Under the pieces are notes generated by a model. That model made no database searches, was not told the origin of the DNA, and worked only from the letters and a program-made list of their open reading frames with translations. A stretch of DNA of 64,000 nt from Dehalococcoidia bacterium (lineage in GTDB: Bacteria > Chloroflexota > Dehalococcoidia > UBA2979), in the NCBI GenBank assembly GCA_965219085.1, contig OZ244720.1:1792001-1856000 (forward strand). The letters run 5' to 3'. Positions 30,527-41,070 of the stretch are shown here, one piece after another (positions within the stretch are counted from its first letter, which is position 1; every line of letters begins with the position of its first letter). Position numbers and translations under genes: made by a program.

Positions 30527-31501
30527 CTACTCGCTGTCGAGCGCGCGCTCCATCGCGGCGTACTCGTCGCGCCGCCAGCGCCGCGAAAGCGGCGCGCCCG
30601 GGATCGAGCCGTGTGCGCCGTGAAACGCGCCCGGGTAGACGTGCAGTTCGACCGGAACTCCGGCGTGCGCCAACGCCTGTGCGTACTCGATGTCCTCGTC
30701 CAGGAAGAGGTCGAGCGTGCCGACGCTGATGTATGCGGGCGGCAGCCCTTCGAGGTTCGAGGCGCGAGCCGGGGCCGCGTACGGCGAGATGTCGTCTGCG
30801 CCCGCGCGCCCGTCGAGGTAAGCGCTCCAGCCCAGCTCGTTGAGCGCGCGGTTCCACAGCCGCGGGTCCGTGATCGCGTGGCTGCTCGGCGTGACGTTTC
30901 GATCGTCGAGCATCGGGAACACCAGCGTCTGGTAGCAAATGCTGACCTCGGCGCGGTCGCGGGCGAGCAGCGCGAGGCCGGCGGCCAGCCCGCCGCCGGC
31001 GCTCCCGCCGCGAATCGCGATGCGTTCGCGGTCGATGCCGAGCGCATCGGCCTGCTGCCAGAACCAGAGCAGGCCCGCGTAGCAGTCCTCGAGCGGGGCC
31101 GGGTAGGGATGCTCGGGCGCGAGCCGGTACTCGACCGACGCAACGAGCACGCCAAGGTTGGCGGCGTACGCCATGCAGTCGAGATCCGAGCCGGGGACGT
31201 CCCCGGCGATCATCCCGCCGCCGTGGACGTTGTAGACGGCTGCCGCCGGCTTTGGCAGCCCGTCCGGCTCGTACACGCGCACCAGCACCTCGGGGCCGCC
31301 GTCGGGTCCGGGTGCGAAGTGGTCCTCGAAGGTCACGCCCGCGCGGGGCGGGGTCGCAACGGCCGGCATCCCCGTATCGCGAAACGCCGTCACGGCGCCG
31401 TGGACGTCTGTCAAGTCGACCGTACGGGCGGGCATGGCCGCCAGCGCGTCGCGGTACGCGGGGTCGACCAGGGCGTCGATATCGAGACTTCCGGTTGCCA
31501 T
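30527..31501 (-). CDS. Alpha/beta hydrolase (HSL-family esterase)
   Basis: HGGG, YRLAPEHPYPA, GGSAGG, D..LDE, HG. Confidence 0.9.
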   Translation of the reverse strand: MATGSLDIDALVDPAYRDALAAMPARTVDLTDVHGAVTAFRDTGMPAVATPPRAGVTFEDHFAPGPDGGPEVLVRVYEPDGLPKPAAAVYNVHGGGMIAGDVPGSDLDCMAYAANLGVLVASVEYRLAPEHPYPAPLEDCYAGLLWFWQQADALGIDRERIAIRGGSAGGGLAAGLALLARDRAEVSICYQTLVFPMLDDRNVTPSSHAITDPRLWNRALNELGWSAYLDGRAGADDISPYAAPARASNLEGLPPAYISVGTLDLFLDEDIEYAQALAHAGVPVELHVYPGAFHGAHGSIPGAPLSRRWRRDEYAAMERALDSE

Positions 31502-31592
31502 CGAGGGCTCCTCTGCGTCGTTGGGCTACGTACGCGCGATGATACAAGCTGCGTGGGGCGGGCCCGGGCAGCGCCCGCCAGAGGAGGCCGGA

Positions 31593-32204
31593 ATGAAGCT
31601 CAACAGCGACGAGGTCGAAATCCCCGCAAGCGCTGTCAGCGTCTATGACGCGATCTTCCGCAGACGCAACGTCAAGGAGTTCACCGGCGACGCGGTTTCC
31701 CGAGAGACCCTGGATCGGCTGTTCTCCGCCGCGATCTGGGCGCCCAATCACCGGCTCACCGAGCCCACGCGATTCTTCGCGGTCCAGAAGGACGGTCCCA
31801 TGCGGACGAGCATCGCCGCAGCCGCATGGCAGGTGGCATACGACGAAGCGGTCAATCCGAGCCCGGAGCAGAAGCGCCGCGCGGCGGATGCCAGGCGGGA
31901 TCGCGTCCTGAACGCCCCCGCGATGGTCTACGTCTACAGCCTCGCCGGAGATACCGACGAGGTCACACGGGAGAACTACGCCACCTCCTGCTGCGCTATC
32001 CAGAACATGGCCCTCGCGGCGGTTGCCGAAGGTCTCTGCCTCGACTGGAGCACTGGGGGTCTCACGAGAATCCCCGGCCTGGCCCGGATGCTGGGTGCGG
32101 ACGCTGCCTGGACGATGGTGGGCGTGGTGTGCCTCGGTCAGGCTGCGGCGCTCCCCACCGCGCAGCGGTCGCCGCACTCAGAGGTCGTCACGTGGTTGGA
32201 GTGA
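31593..32204 (+). CDS. Nitroreductase family protein
   Basis: AIFRRRNVK, WAPNHRLTEP, AIQNMALAA..GL..W.TG. Confidence 0.87.
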   Translation: MKLNSDEVEIPASAVSVYDAIFRRRNVKEFTGDAVSRETLDRLFSAAIWAPNHRLTEPTRFFAVQKDGPMRTSIAAAAWQVAYDEAVNPSPEQKRRAADARRDRVLNAPAMVYVYSLAGDTDEVTRENYATSCCAIQNMALAAVAEGLCLDWSTGGLTRIPGLARMLGADAAWTMVGVVCLGQAAALPTAQRSPHSEVVTWLE

Positions 32205-32344
32205 TCTCCGTGTAGCCTCGCCGCGACGCTCCCGGCGGGACACAAGCTCTGCACGCGCCCGGCTTGCCCATCACAATCGACGCTCTCTTCGCTCGGAGGA
32301 AGGCCGGGGAGTCGCGGGTTATCCTCGCCACCGAGGGAGGCGAC

Positions 32345-33451
32345 GTGCCCGCATCGGACTTCATGACCGCCGCGCTCGCCGAGGCGCGGCACGCCCTCGG
32401 CTGGACCTCGCCGAACCCCGCGGTCGGCGCGGTCGTCGTGCGCGACGGTGAGATCGTCGGCGCGGGGCGCACGCAGCCGCCCGGCGGCAACCACGCCGAG
32501 GTCGAGGCGCTCGCCGACGCCGGCGACCGCGCGCGCGGCGCGACCGTGTTCGTCACCCTCGAGCCCTGCTCCCACCACGGCCGCACCCCGCCCTGCACCG
32601 ACGCGCTCATCGCGGCGGACGTCGTGGCCGTCCGCTACGCCATCGCCGACCCGGACCCAAACGTCTCGGGCGCCGGGCACCGCCAGCTCGTGGAGGCCGG
32701 CATCACCGTCGAGGCGGGCGATGGGACCGAGGAGTCCTCGCAGCTGCTCGAGGGCTACCTGCACCATCGCCGCACGGGACGGCCGTTCGTGATCGTGAAG
32801 TACGCCGCGTCGCTCGACGGGCGCATCGCGGCGGCCTCGGGCGACTCACGGTGGGTGTCCGGGCCCGAGACGCTCGAGTGGGCGCACCGCCACCGGCCAC
32901 ACCTCGACGCGATCGTCGTGGGCTCCAACACCGTCGTCGTGGACGACCCGCAGCTGACGGCGCGGCCGGGCGGCACGACCGAGGGGGTGCCGCAACCACT
33001 GCGCGTCGTGGCCGACTCGCGCGGGCGCGTGCCGGACACCGCGCGCGTGCTCGAAGGCCCCTCGCCCACACTGATCGCGACCACCGAGACCTCCGACGCA
33101 GCGTGGCGCGAGCGCATGGCGGCGCGTGGCGCGGAAGTCGCCGTCCTGTCCGCGGACGGCGGCCGCGTCGACCTCGGCGCACTGCTCGCGGCGCTCGAAG
33201 CGCGCGGGGTGCTGACGGTGCTGTTCGAGGGCGGCGGGGTGCTGCTCGGCTCGCTGTTCGACCGGCGCCTCGTCGACAAGTTGCACGCGGTGATCGCCCC
33301 GCTCGTGATCGGGGCGTTCGACGCCCCGGCAGCCGTCGCGGGTCGCGGCGTGGACCGCATGGCGCAGGCGCCGCGGCTGCGCGACGTGACGGTGGAGCGG
33401 CTGGGCGAGGACACGCTGATCACCGGCTACCCGGCCTGGCCTGAGGACTGA
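32345..33451 (+). CDS. ribD: Bifunctional pyrimidine deaminase/reductase RibD
   Basis: PNPAVG, HAE, TLEPCSHHGRTPPC, SLDG, EGGG. Confidence 0.95.
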   Translation: MPASDFMTAALAEARHALGWTSPNPAVGAVVVRDGEIVGAGRTQPPGGNHAEVEALADAGDRARGATVFVTLEPCSHHGRTPPCTDALIAADVVAVRYAIADPDPNVSGAGHRQLVEAGITVEAGDGTEESSQLLEGYLHHRRTGRPFVIVKYAASLDGRIAAASGDSRWVSGPETLEWAHRHRPHLDAIVVGSNTVVVDDPQLTARPGGTTEGVPQPLRVVADSRGRVPDTARVLEGPSPTLIATTETSDAAWRERMAARGAEVAVLSADGGRVDLGALLAALEARGVLTVLFEGGGVLLGSLFDRRLVDKLHAVIAPLVIGAFDAPAAVAGRGVDRMAQAPRLRDVTVERLGEDTLITGYPAWPED

Positions 33452-33511
33452 GCCGCGCACGATGGGGGCGAGTCGCAGTACGCTTGTCGGCACGGCGGCG
33501 GAGGGGCGCAC

Positions 33512-34108
33512 ATGTTCACTGGCATCATCGAAGAGGTCGGCACCGTACGTTCGCGCGAGGGCGGCGAACTCGTCATCGAGTGCGCGGTCATCAACGAGGA
33601 CACGCAGCTCGGCGACTCGATCGCCATCAACGGCGTCGACCTGACGGTACGCACGATGGCGGACGACGCGTTGACGTTCGACGTGATGCCGGAGACCTTC
33701 CGGCGCTCCAACCTCGGCGACTCCGAAGCGGGCGACCGCGTCAACCTCGAACGCTCCGTGCGGCCGATGGACCGCCTCTCCGGGCACATCGTGCGCGGCG
33801 TGGTGGAGACGCGGTGCGAGCTCGTGAGCCTGACGCCCGAAGGCGACGCGGTGATCGCGCGCTACCGCCCCGATCCCGACTACATGCAGTACGTGCTGAT
33901 GAAGGGCCCGGTCTGCCTCGACGGCGCATCGCTGACCGTCATGGAGAAGGACGACGACACGTTCTCCATCTCGCTCGTGCAGTACACGCAGGAGCACACG
34001 AACCTGACGAGCCGAATGCCGGGTGATAGCATCAACCTCGAGACCGACATCATCGCCCGGTATATCGAGCAGATCCTCGATGCCCGCTCGGGCGGGAGCG
34101 CCACGTGA
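33512..34108 (+). CDS. ribE: Riboflavin synthase (alpha chain)
   Basis: N-terminal MFTGII, VNLER, INLETD. Confidence 0.95.
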   Translation: MFTGIIEEVGTVRSREGGELVIECAVINEDTQLGDSIAINGVDLTVRTMADDALTFDVMPETFRRSNLGDSEAGDRVNLERSVRPMDRLSGHIVRGVVETRCELVSLTPEGDAVIARYRPDPDYMQYVLMKGPVCLDGASLTVMEKDDDTFSISLVQYTQEHTNLTSRMPGDSINLETDIIARYIEQILDARSGGSAT

Positions 34109-35376
34109 CCGATCAACCCGCCGTCCCGGCTGACCACACCACCGACGCCGCGACCCTCGGCGCACGCGACGTGGTCGAGGTTCCCGAGGCGATCGAGGAG
34201 TTCCGCCGCGGCCGCCCGATCATCATCGTCGACGACGAGGACCGCGAGAACGAGGGCGACGTCTGCTACCCGGCAGACGTCGTCGACGCCGACGCGATCA
34301 ACTTCATGGCCATGCACGCGCGCGGCCTGATCTGCATGGCGATGACCGGCGAGCGCCTCGACGCACTCGGGATCCCGCAGATGACGTCGGACAACACCGC
34401 GCCGCTCGGCACCGCATTCACGGTCAGCGTCGAGGCGGCCACGGGCGTGACGACGGGAATCTCGGCGGGTGACCGCGCGCGCACCGTGCAGGTGCTGGCC
34501 GACTCCACCTCGCGGCCCGAGGACCTGACGCAGCCGGGCCACATGTTCCCGCTGCGCGCGCGTGCGGGCGGCGTGCTGGTGCGCGCCGGGCAGACGGAAG
34601 CGTCGGTCGACCTGGCGAAGCTCGCGGGCCGCGTACCGGCATCGGTGATCTGCGAGGTCATGGCCGACGACGGCACGATGGCCCGCATGCCGACCCTGAT
34701 CGAGTTCGCGAGCAAGCACCAGCTGAAGATCGTCACGGTCAACGACCTCATCAAGTACCGCCTGCGCGTCGACTCACTCATCGAGCGCGCGAGCGAGACC
34801 GAGCTGCCGACCGCGCACGGCATGTTCCGTGCCATCCACTTCAGCACGCTCATCGACGAGAAGGTCCACGTCGCGCTCGTCATGGGCGATGTGGCGACGG
34901 AGGAGCCGGTCCTGGTACGCGTCCACGACCAGTGCGTGACCGGCGACGTGTTCGGCTCGCGGCGCTGCGACTGCGGCGAGCAGCTCGAAGAGGCGATCCG
35001 CCGCGTCGCCGCCGAGGGCCGGGGCATCGTGCTCTACATGGACCAGGAGGGCCGCGGCATCGGCCTCCACAACAAGATCCGCGCCTACCAGCTACAGGAC
35101 CGCGGCATGGACACCGTCGAGGCGAACGAGGCGCTGGGGCTGCCCGCCGACAACCGCGAATACGGGATCGGCATGCAGATCCTGGTGAACCTCGGGGTGC
35201 AGCAGATGCGGCTGATGACCAACAACCCGATCAAGCGCTCGGGCCTCGAAGGCTTCGGCCTGGAAATCGTCGAGCGCGTTCCGATCGAGGTGCCCCCCAA
35301 CCTGCACAACACCGGCTACCTGCGGACCAAGCGCCAGCGGATGGGGCACCTTCTCGAATCCGAGGAGTTGGACTAG
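34105..35376 (+). CDS. ribBA: Bifunctional DHBP synthase / GTP cyclohydrolase II
   Basis: DDEDRENEGD, TTGISA, CDCG, QEGRGIGL, TNNP. Confidence 0.95.
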   Translation: MTDQPAVPADHTTDAATLGARDVVEVPEAIEEFRRGRPIIIVDDEDRENEGDVCYPADVVDADAINFMAMHARGLICMAMTGERLDALGIPQMTSDNTAPLGTAFTVSVEAATGVTTGISAGDRARTVQVLADSTSRPEDLTQPGHMFPLRARAGGVLVRAGQTEASVDLAKLAGRVPASVICEVMADDGTMARMPTLIEFASKHQLKIVTVNDLIKYRLRVDSLIERASETELPTAHGMFRAIHFSTLIDEKVHVALVMGDVATEEPVLVRVHDQCVTGDVFGSRRCDCGEQLEEAIRRVAAEGRGIVLYMDQEGRGIGLHNKIRAYQLQDRGMDTVEANEALGLPADNREYGIGMQILVNLGVQQMRLMTNNPIKRSGLEGFGLEIVERVPIEVPPNLHNTGYLRTKRQRMGHLLESEELD

Positions 35377-35377
35377 C

Positions 35378-35851
35378 GTGCCGGAGATCACAGGCCGCCT
35401 CGACGGTTCCGGGCTGCGTCTCGCGGTCGCGGTCTCGCGCTTCAACGAGATCGTGACGGAGCCGCTGCTTGCCGGCGCCCGAGCCACCGCCAGGGACCTG
35501 GGCGTTGCCGACGACGCCCTGGACGTGGTGCGCGTGCCGGGCGCGTTCGAGCTCGGTCAGGCAGCGCGACGCCTCGCCGGCAACGGGGGGTACGACGCGA
35601 TCGTGCTGCTCGGCGCGGTGGTGCGGGGCGAGACGCCGCACTTTGATTACGTATGCAGTGAGGCGGCCCGCGGCGCTACACTGGTGGCGCAGGAGTTCAA
35701 CCTCCCGGTAGCCTTTGGCGTCCTGACCTGCGACACCATGGCGCAGGCGCGGGCCCGTTCCGGCGGCTCGGCCGGCAACAAGGGCGACGAGGCGATGCGA
35801 GCCGCCGTCGAGATGGCGAACCTGTTCCGCGCGCTCGAAGAGCGCGCCTGA
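35378..35851 (+). CDS. ribH: 6,7-dimethyl-8-ribityllumazine synthase
   Basis: SRFN, VPGAFE, RGETPHFDY, FGVLT, NKG. Confidence 0.95.
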   Translation: MPEITGRLDGSGLRLAVAVSRFNEIVTEPLLAGARATARDLGVADDALDVVRVPGAFELGQAARRLAGNGGYDAIVLLGAVVRGETPHFDYVCSEAARGATLVAQEFNLPVAFGVLTCDTMAQARARSGGSAGNKGDEAMRAAVEMANLFRALEERA

Positions 35852-35892
35852 GGGTAGGCCCACCCAGCCGGGCCGCAGCAGGGGCAAATACC

Positions 35893-36339
35893 GTGAACTT
35901 CATACCCGACGACCTCAAGCATCCCAGCGGAGGCGAACGCGTCACGAACACCGCCGGCGACGCGATCCGGCTGGCGCACAAGGCATTGGAGCGCTTCCCG
36001 GACGTGGTGCGTCGCCACAAGTTCATCGCCGGCGGCGCCGCGATTTCGACCTCGCTCGTCGCGCTCGCGGGCGTCGCCATCACGCAGCGCATGCGTAGCG
36101 GCCAGACCGAGGAGGAGGCGATCGCCTCGCTCACCGAGGACGAGCTGCACGGCCGCCGCGTCGAGCTCCCCGGCGAGCCGTCGACGAACGGCGCCGGCCC
36201 GACCGACGACGAGACCGGCGAGGACGAGGGCGTCACCGTCGAGGCGGTCGCGCAGGCCGGCGAGGAGCTGGCGCGCGCGGGCTCCGAGGGGGAGCCGACC
36301 GAAGGCAACGGCAGAGCACCGACGGACGCGGGCCAGTAG
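35893..36339 (+). CDS. Hypothetical protein (one hydrophobic segment, acidic tail)
   Basis: ORF with host-like GC3 codon usage, fits between ribH and the TA pair. Confidence 0.6.
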   Translation: MNFIPDDLKHPSGGERVTNTAGDAIRLAHKALERFPDVVRRHKFIAGGAAISTSLVALAGVAITQRMRSGQTEEEAIASLTEDELHGRRVELPGEPSTNGAGPTDDETGEDEGVTVEAVAQAGEELARAGSEGEPTEGNGRAPTDAGQ

Positions 36340-36352
36340 CGGCGGAAGCGCG

Positions 36353-36553
36353 ATGGTGAGCATCACGGACATCCAGGAAGCGATTCTCGACCTGCCTGAG
36401 ACCGAGTACACCGAGCTGCGGAAGTGGCTCAGCGACCTGGACTGGGACCGGTGGGACGAGCAGATCGAGGCCGATTCAGGGGCGGGCAAGCTCGACTCCC
36501 TGATCGCGGACGCTCGCGAGACCAGGGAGCACCGCGCGCTTGAAGACCTGTAG
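36353..36553 (+). CDS. Putative antitoxin
   Basis: 66-aa acidic protein (WDEQIEAD..AGKLD) abutting a RelE/ParE-like gene. Confidence 0.7.
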   Translation: MVSITDIQEAILDLPETEYTELRKWLSDLDWDRWDEQIEADSGAGKLDSLIADARETREHRALEDL

Positions 36554-36841
36554 GTGCACCGGGCGGCGCCGCGGTTCTGGAGACGGTTCGAACGGCTCCC
36601 TGAGCCCCTTCAGCGGGTCGCCAGACGGAACTTCCGGCTGCTGGCGGAGAATCCGGGTCACCCATCGCTTCGCTTCAAGAAGGTCGGCGCGTTCTGGTCG
36701 GCGCGAGTCGGGCGCGACTATCGAGCACTCGCCGTTGAAGACGGCAACGACTTCCTTTGGGTCTGGGTTGGCAATCACGACGAGTACCTTCCCGTACACT
36801 TGTTCCACGCGCGAGCCCTCCCCCACGGAGCGCCGGGATGA
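36554..36841 (+). CDS. RelE/ParE-like toxin
   Basis: Basic 95-aa protein with FW..F..LP, HPSLRFKKV, WSARVG..YRAL, W.W.G.H.EY. Confidence 0.75.
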   Translation: MHRAAPRFWRRFERLPEPLQRVARRNFRLLAENPGHPSLRFKKVGAFWSARVGRDYRALAVEDGNDFLWVWVGNHDEYLPVHLFHARALPHGAPG

Positions 36842-38061
36842 ACAACACATCCCCGACTCATGAGTCCGAGCGCCACGATCGCGACGCTGTGTCCCGGCTC
36901 GCGCCGACGCTGCCGAGGCGTATCGCCCACTTCGACCTCGACACCTTCTTCGTCTCGGTCGAGCGCACGCTCGACCCGTCGCTGATCGGCAAGCCGGTGC
37001 TTGTCGGCGGGACCGGCGGGCGGGGCGTCGTCGCGTCCGCCTCTTACGAGTCGAGGGCGTTCGGGTGCCACTCGGCGCAGCCGATGTCGCAGGCGCTGCG
37101 GTTGTGCCCGCAGGCCGTCGTCGTGCCGCCGCACTTCGACCGCTACCAGGAGTCCTCGCGCGCGTTCCACGCGATCCTGCGCGACGAGAGCCCGATCGTG
37201 GAGCCCGGTGGCATCGACGAGGCGTATGCCGACCTCACCGGCCTCGGCGAAGGCGGCACGGGCGCGCGCGCCGCTGCCGAGCGCGTGCGCACGCGGACGC
37301 GCGAAGAGCTGAGCCTCCCCGTCTCGGTCTGCATCGCCGGGTCGCGCACGACCGCGAAGGTCGGCAGCGACCGCGCGAAGCCCGACGGGCTGCTCGAGTT
37401 GCCCGTCGGCGAGGACGCGGCGTTCCTCGCGCCGCTGCCGTTGCGCGAGTTGCCGATGGTCGGGCCGCGCTTCGGCGAGCAGCTCGCGGCGCTCGGCGTG
37501 CGCAGCATCGGCGACGCTGCCGCGCTCGACGCGCGATGGCTGGAGCAGCGCTTCGGCCGCGCCGGCGTCGTGCTCTCCGAGCGCGCTCGAGGCCTCGACC
37601 CCGCGCCGGTGCGGGCGGGCGGGCGGGACGCGCGCTCGATCTCCCGCGAGGTGACGTTCGGCGAGGACGTGACGGACATCGAGGCGCTGCGTCGCACGCT
37701 GCGCGAGCACGCCGAGCGGGTCGGCGCCGACCTGCGCCGGCAGCAGCGGCGCGCGCGCACCGTCACGCTCAAGCTGCGCTGGGCGGACTTCACCACGCTC
37801 ACCCGCAGCCGCACCCTCGACCGCCCCGTGCAGGGCACCGACGACCTCGCGGCGTGGGGCCACGCGCTGCTCGACGAGCTGCTGGCGCGCGAGTCGCTGC
37901 GGCCGGTGCGGCTGATCGGCCTCGGCGCGACAAACCTCGTCGAGGACGCGGTGCAGCTCGGCTTCGATGACGCGTCGACGCGCCGCGCGGAGCAGATCGA
38001 CCGCACGGTCGACGCGATCCGGGGGCGCTACGGGGACGACTCGGTGACGCGAGGGCTGTAG
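36838..38061 (+). CDS. dinB: DNA polymerase IV (Y family)
   Basis: HFDLDTFFVSVE, SASYE.R.FG, IDEAY, KPDG. Confidence 0.93.
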   Translation: MNNTSPTHESERHDRDAVSRLAPTLPRRIAHFDLDTFFVSVERTLDPSLIGKPVLVGGTGGRGVVASASYESRAFGCHSAQPMSQALRLCPQAVVVPPHFDRYQESSRAFHAILRDESPIVEPGGIDEAYADLTGLGEGGTGARAAAERVRTRTREELSLPVSVCIAGSRTTAKVGSDRAKPDGLLELPVGEDAAFLAPLPLRELPMVGPRFGEQLAALGVRSIGDAAALDARWLEQRFGRAGVVLSERARGLDPAPVRAGGRDARSISREVTFGEDVTDIEALRRTLREHAERVGADLRRQQRRARTVTLKLRWADFTTLTRSRTLDRPVQGTDDLAAWGHALLDELLARESLRPVRLIGLGATNLVEDAVQLGFDDASTRRAEQIDRTVDAIRGRYGDDSVTRGL

Positions 38062-38120
38062 GCGGACGCAATTGTGCTACTCTCCGCGCTTCCCCTCCGG
38101 GGGTGGCGGAGGTCCACACC

Positions 38121-39263
38121 ATGAGCGCGACCCGCAATCGACTCCCGATGGTCGCCTCGCTCGTGATAGCGCTGCTGGCGGCCGTGGGGTCCGCCTGCAC
38201 CGATGCGCCGTCTACCCCGCTGCGCCCGACGGCTTCACCGCCGCCCAACCCGACGACGCTCACCGGCATCACCATATCGAGTACCGAACTCATACTCGCC
38301 GAGGATGAGACCGCCAGCATCGTCATCGCACTCGACTCGGACCCCGGCGAGGACATCGAGGTCTGGCTTCGACGGGGCAAGACAGGCGCCGATGACATCG
38401 CGTTCACACGTGACCGCGTCACCTGGGCGGCAGCCGATTGGCGGGAGCCGCGCAGACTCACTTTGACTGCCGTCGTGGATTACTTCGCCGAGCGATTCGA
38501 GGCACACGAGCTCCACGTCTGGACGTACCGTCGCGGTCAGATCGGCGCGGGCCAGCAAATCCTCCCGAAGGAGACGATCCATATCTGGGTCAAGGACGGA
38601 CGCGAGTTCAGGTCGTTCACGGGGGGTGGCGCAGGTGAGGTTGTCTTGGAGTGGCCGGGGTGGGGCGGGAACGGCATCCAGCGCTGGCAGTACCGGTACC
38701 GGATCGGCACCAGAACCGACTGGGGCGCGTGGGCCGATGTCCCGAACAGCGACGCCGACACCCGGAGCTACCGCGTCACGGGACTCTCGTCGCACGACCG
38801 CATCTATCGGTTCCAGCTACGACCGTGGAGCAGCACGGGCCCTGGAGCGATCTCTGCGGTGATCCCCGGCTACGTCGCCACGGTTGGCCCTGACGGCATC
38901 CCGCACGAGACGCCGGGGCCCTTGCTCGAACCTGGCCGCAGGTTCCGCCACGCCGACACCACCTTCGTTGTCCCTGACGGGATGATCCTGTCCACGGGCA
39001 GGGGAGGGAGCACAGAGACAAGGGAGACGTTCCTCTTCCTGTATGACGAGACGACGCTGACGCACATGGTGATTCGTTCGAGCACAGGAGAGACAGTTCA
39101 GAAGACGATCTGGGATCCCCCGACCAACTCGTACCAGGTCATCTGGACCGAGACCGGCGACATCGCCGAGAGCTGGAGCGGCGTCCCTCCACCGCCGGGT
39201 CATGATCCCGCGGCACGGTGGGAGCAGATCGAGCAGTCGATCCGGAAGGATCCCCTGCCGTAG
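38121..39263 (+). CDS. Hypothetical lipoprotein with an FN3-like segment
   Basis: Lipobox VGSAC; W..P...WQYRY...SYRVTGL...Y.FQLR pattern. Confidence 0.6.
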   Translation: MSATRNRLPMVASLVIALLAAVGSACTDAPSTPLRPTASPPPNPTTLTGITISSTELILAEDETASIVIALDSDPGEDIEVWLRRGKTGADDIAFTRDRVTWAAADWREPRRLTLTAVVDYFAERFEAHELHVWTYRRGQIGAGQQILPKETIHIWVKDGREFRSFTGGGAGEVVLEWPGWGGNGIQRWQYRYRIGTRTDWGAWADVPNSDADTRSYRVTGLSSHDRIYRFQLRPWSSTGPGAISAVIPGYVATVGPDGIPHETPGPLLEPGRRFRHADTTFVVPDGMILSTGRGGSTETRETFLFLYDETTLTHMVIRSSTGETVQKTIWDPPTNSYQVIWTETGDIAESWSGVPPPPGHDPAARWEQIEQSIRKDPLP

Positions 39264-39276
39264 GACCAGCGTGTGG

Positions 39277-39780
39277 TTACGTCCCAGGCTGGCCGACGCG
39301 GACCGTGGTGATGTCCGTGTCCTGGAACTGCTGGTGCTGCATGGACTGCGCGTAGTTGCGGAGCGGCGTGACGATGCGACGCACGAGGAACAGCCAGCGG
39401 GAGACCGCGAACTGCGTCACCGCCGCGACGACGAGGAGCGACGCGAGGGTCGCAGGCCCGCCGTCCCCTTCGAGCGCGTTGATGCAGAACGGGATGGCGA
39501 AGGCGGCTGTGAACATCGGCAGCACGGCGCCCGCGCCGACGGCGCCGATGCGGCGCACCTACAGCAGCGTCGAGACGCCGACGACGATGAGCGCGACGAA
39601 GATCATCCACGTCACGTAGTCGTCGCCGCGTCCCGAGGCGTTGGCGACGATGACGGGCGTGACGAGCAGCGTGGCGCCCGCGATCACGCTGAACTGCGCG
39701 CCAAGCGCGAGCGAGGTGAGGAGCGGAGGGTGCTCGTCGGCCTCGTAGCGGGGGTTCCGGGTGGCTGGGGCGGTCAGGGC
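39277..39780 (-). pseudogene. Truncated NCS2 (xanthine/uracil) permease fragment
   Basis: RYEADEHPPLLTSLALGAQF...STLL*VRRIGAVGAG resembles an NCS2 N-terminus; in-frame TAG near 39560; truncated after a few TM helices. Confidence 0.6.
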
Positions 39781-40103
39781 TGGCCTTCCGGAGTGGTGGA
39801 GCGGCAGGTTCCAAGCGACGGTGGCACGGTCGGCCGAAACTGCGCCAGCCGTGTCATGGCCGAACCCTAGTAGCGGCAGCCGGGCGTTTCAACCTCGCCG
39901 CGCCGCTTCGTGAACTCAGCAGGCAGGCAGGGGTCTCTATCCCGCCACTTCTTCCCAGCGACGACCGTCTTGGCCACTCCGGCTGCCGTGAGGCCGATCC
40001 GAGGTCGGGTCTCGCCTTCCGGGGTGCAGCGAGCGCGATCGCCGCCCGTGGCGCGCTGTAGTGCCGCGTTGCCTCCAACGTTGTAATCTGGTCACGAGTG
40101 TAG

Positions 40104-40862
40104 GTGAGTGCTCCTTGCGCTGCGGGGATCGGGGAGGCCGACTTGGACCAGTTGAACGACTTCAACGACGAGCGGACGAGGGGATGGTGCATACACTGCG
40201 GAAGTGACCTCGGCTCGGTGGAGAGAAGCCGAGACCATGTTCCGTCGAAGAGCCTGCTGAATGGATCACTCCCCAATAACATGCCCAAGGTGACGGTCTG
40301 CGCGACGTGCAATCACTCGTTTGCGCTGGACGAAGAGTATCTGAGCGCGCTCCTGGCGTCGGTGCTCTCAGGGAATACGGAGCCCGCTCCGATCCAGTTC
40401 TCTGTCGCGGCCGGGGCCTTGAGTCACAGCCCGGGGCTGCGCAAGCGCATCGAACAGGCCCGCCGGTTGCAGGGGACGCTCTGGGGAGAACCCGAGCTTC
40501 GTTGGGAAGCGGAGATCGACCGGGTGAATCGGGTCGTCGTAAAGAACGCCCGGGGCCACGCGCTCTATGAATTGAACGAAGCCGTGATGGGGCCTCCGTC
40601 GTCTGTCATTTGCTGCCCCCTCGTCTCTCTGACACCCGACCAGCGGCACGCATTCGAGGAGATACCCCAAGAGGCGGTCTGGCCAGAGGTCGGCAGCAGG
40701 ATGATGCAGCGCGTCGCGGGCGTCGCGCCACTCGTCAACGGCTGGGTGGATGTGCAGGAGTCCGTCTATCGCTACGCAATCGGTTGGCCCGGCGGAGAGG
40801 TAATCGTTAAGACTGTCTTGCGTGAGTACCTCGCGACTGAGGTCATCTGGAGCGCTGACTAG
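40104..40862 (+). CDS. HNH-type endonuclease-like protein
   Basis: CIHC...DHVP...CATCN zinc/HNH motif; codon usage less GC-biased than neighbours; start may be the TTG at 40143. Confidence 0.7.
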   Translation: MSAPCAAGIGEADLDQLNDFNDERTRGWCIHCGSDLGSVERSRDHVPSKSLLNGSLPNNMPKVTVCATCNHSFALDEEYLSALLASVLSGNTEPAPIQFSVAAGALSHSPGLRKRIEQARRLQGTLWGEPELRWEAEIDRVNRVVVKNARGHALYELNEAVMGPPSSVICCPLVSLTPDQRHAFEEIPQEAVWPEVGSRMMQRVAGVAPLVNGWVDVQESVYRYAIGWPGGEVIVKTVLREYLATEVIWSAD

Positions 40863-41017
40863 TCCAGCTTGTGATCCGGTGGCTGCGGGTCGCGAGTCGC
40901 GCGCAGTCGGAGGGCCGCCGTAGCCCGTTACGGCGGCGCGCGGCACAGTGTGCGGGCTTGGCGCGACGTCGCCGCCTGATGGGCGCGACGCGGGTACTCG
41001 CCACAATGCCAGGACGT

Positions 41018-41026
41018 TGGTAGAAT
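41018..41026 (+). promoter_or_regulatory. Putative extended -10 promoter for the regulator/hem operon
   Basis: TGgTAGAAT about 45 bp upstream of the 41071 start. Confidence 0.45.
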
Positions 41027-41070
41027 CCCCCCGAAATCTAGCACCACCCGTACAGAATTAGGTAGGTTTC

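Noticed and set aside
32205-32344. FMN riboswitch upstream of ribD
   Set aside because: No recognisable RFN consensus in the short leader
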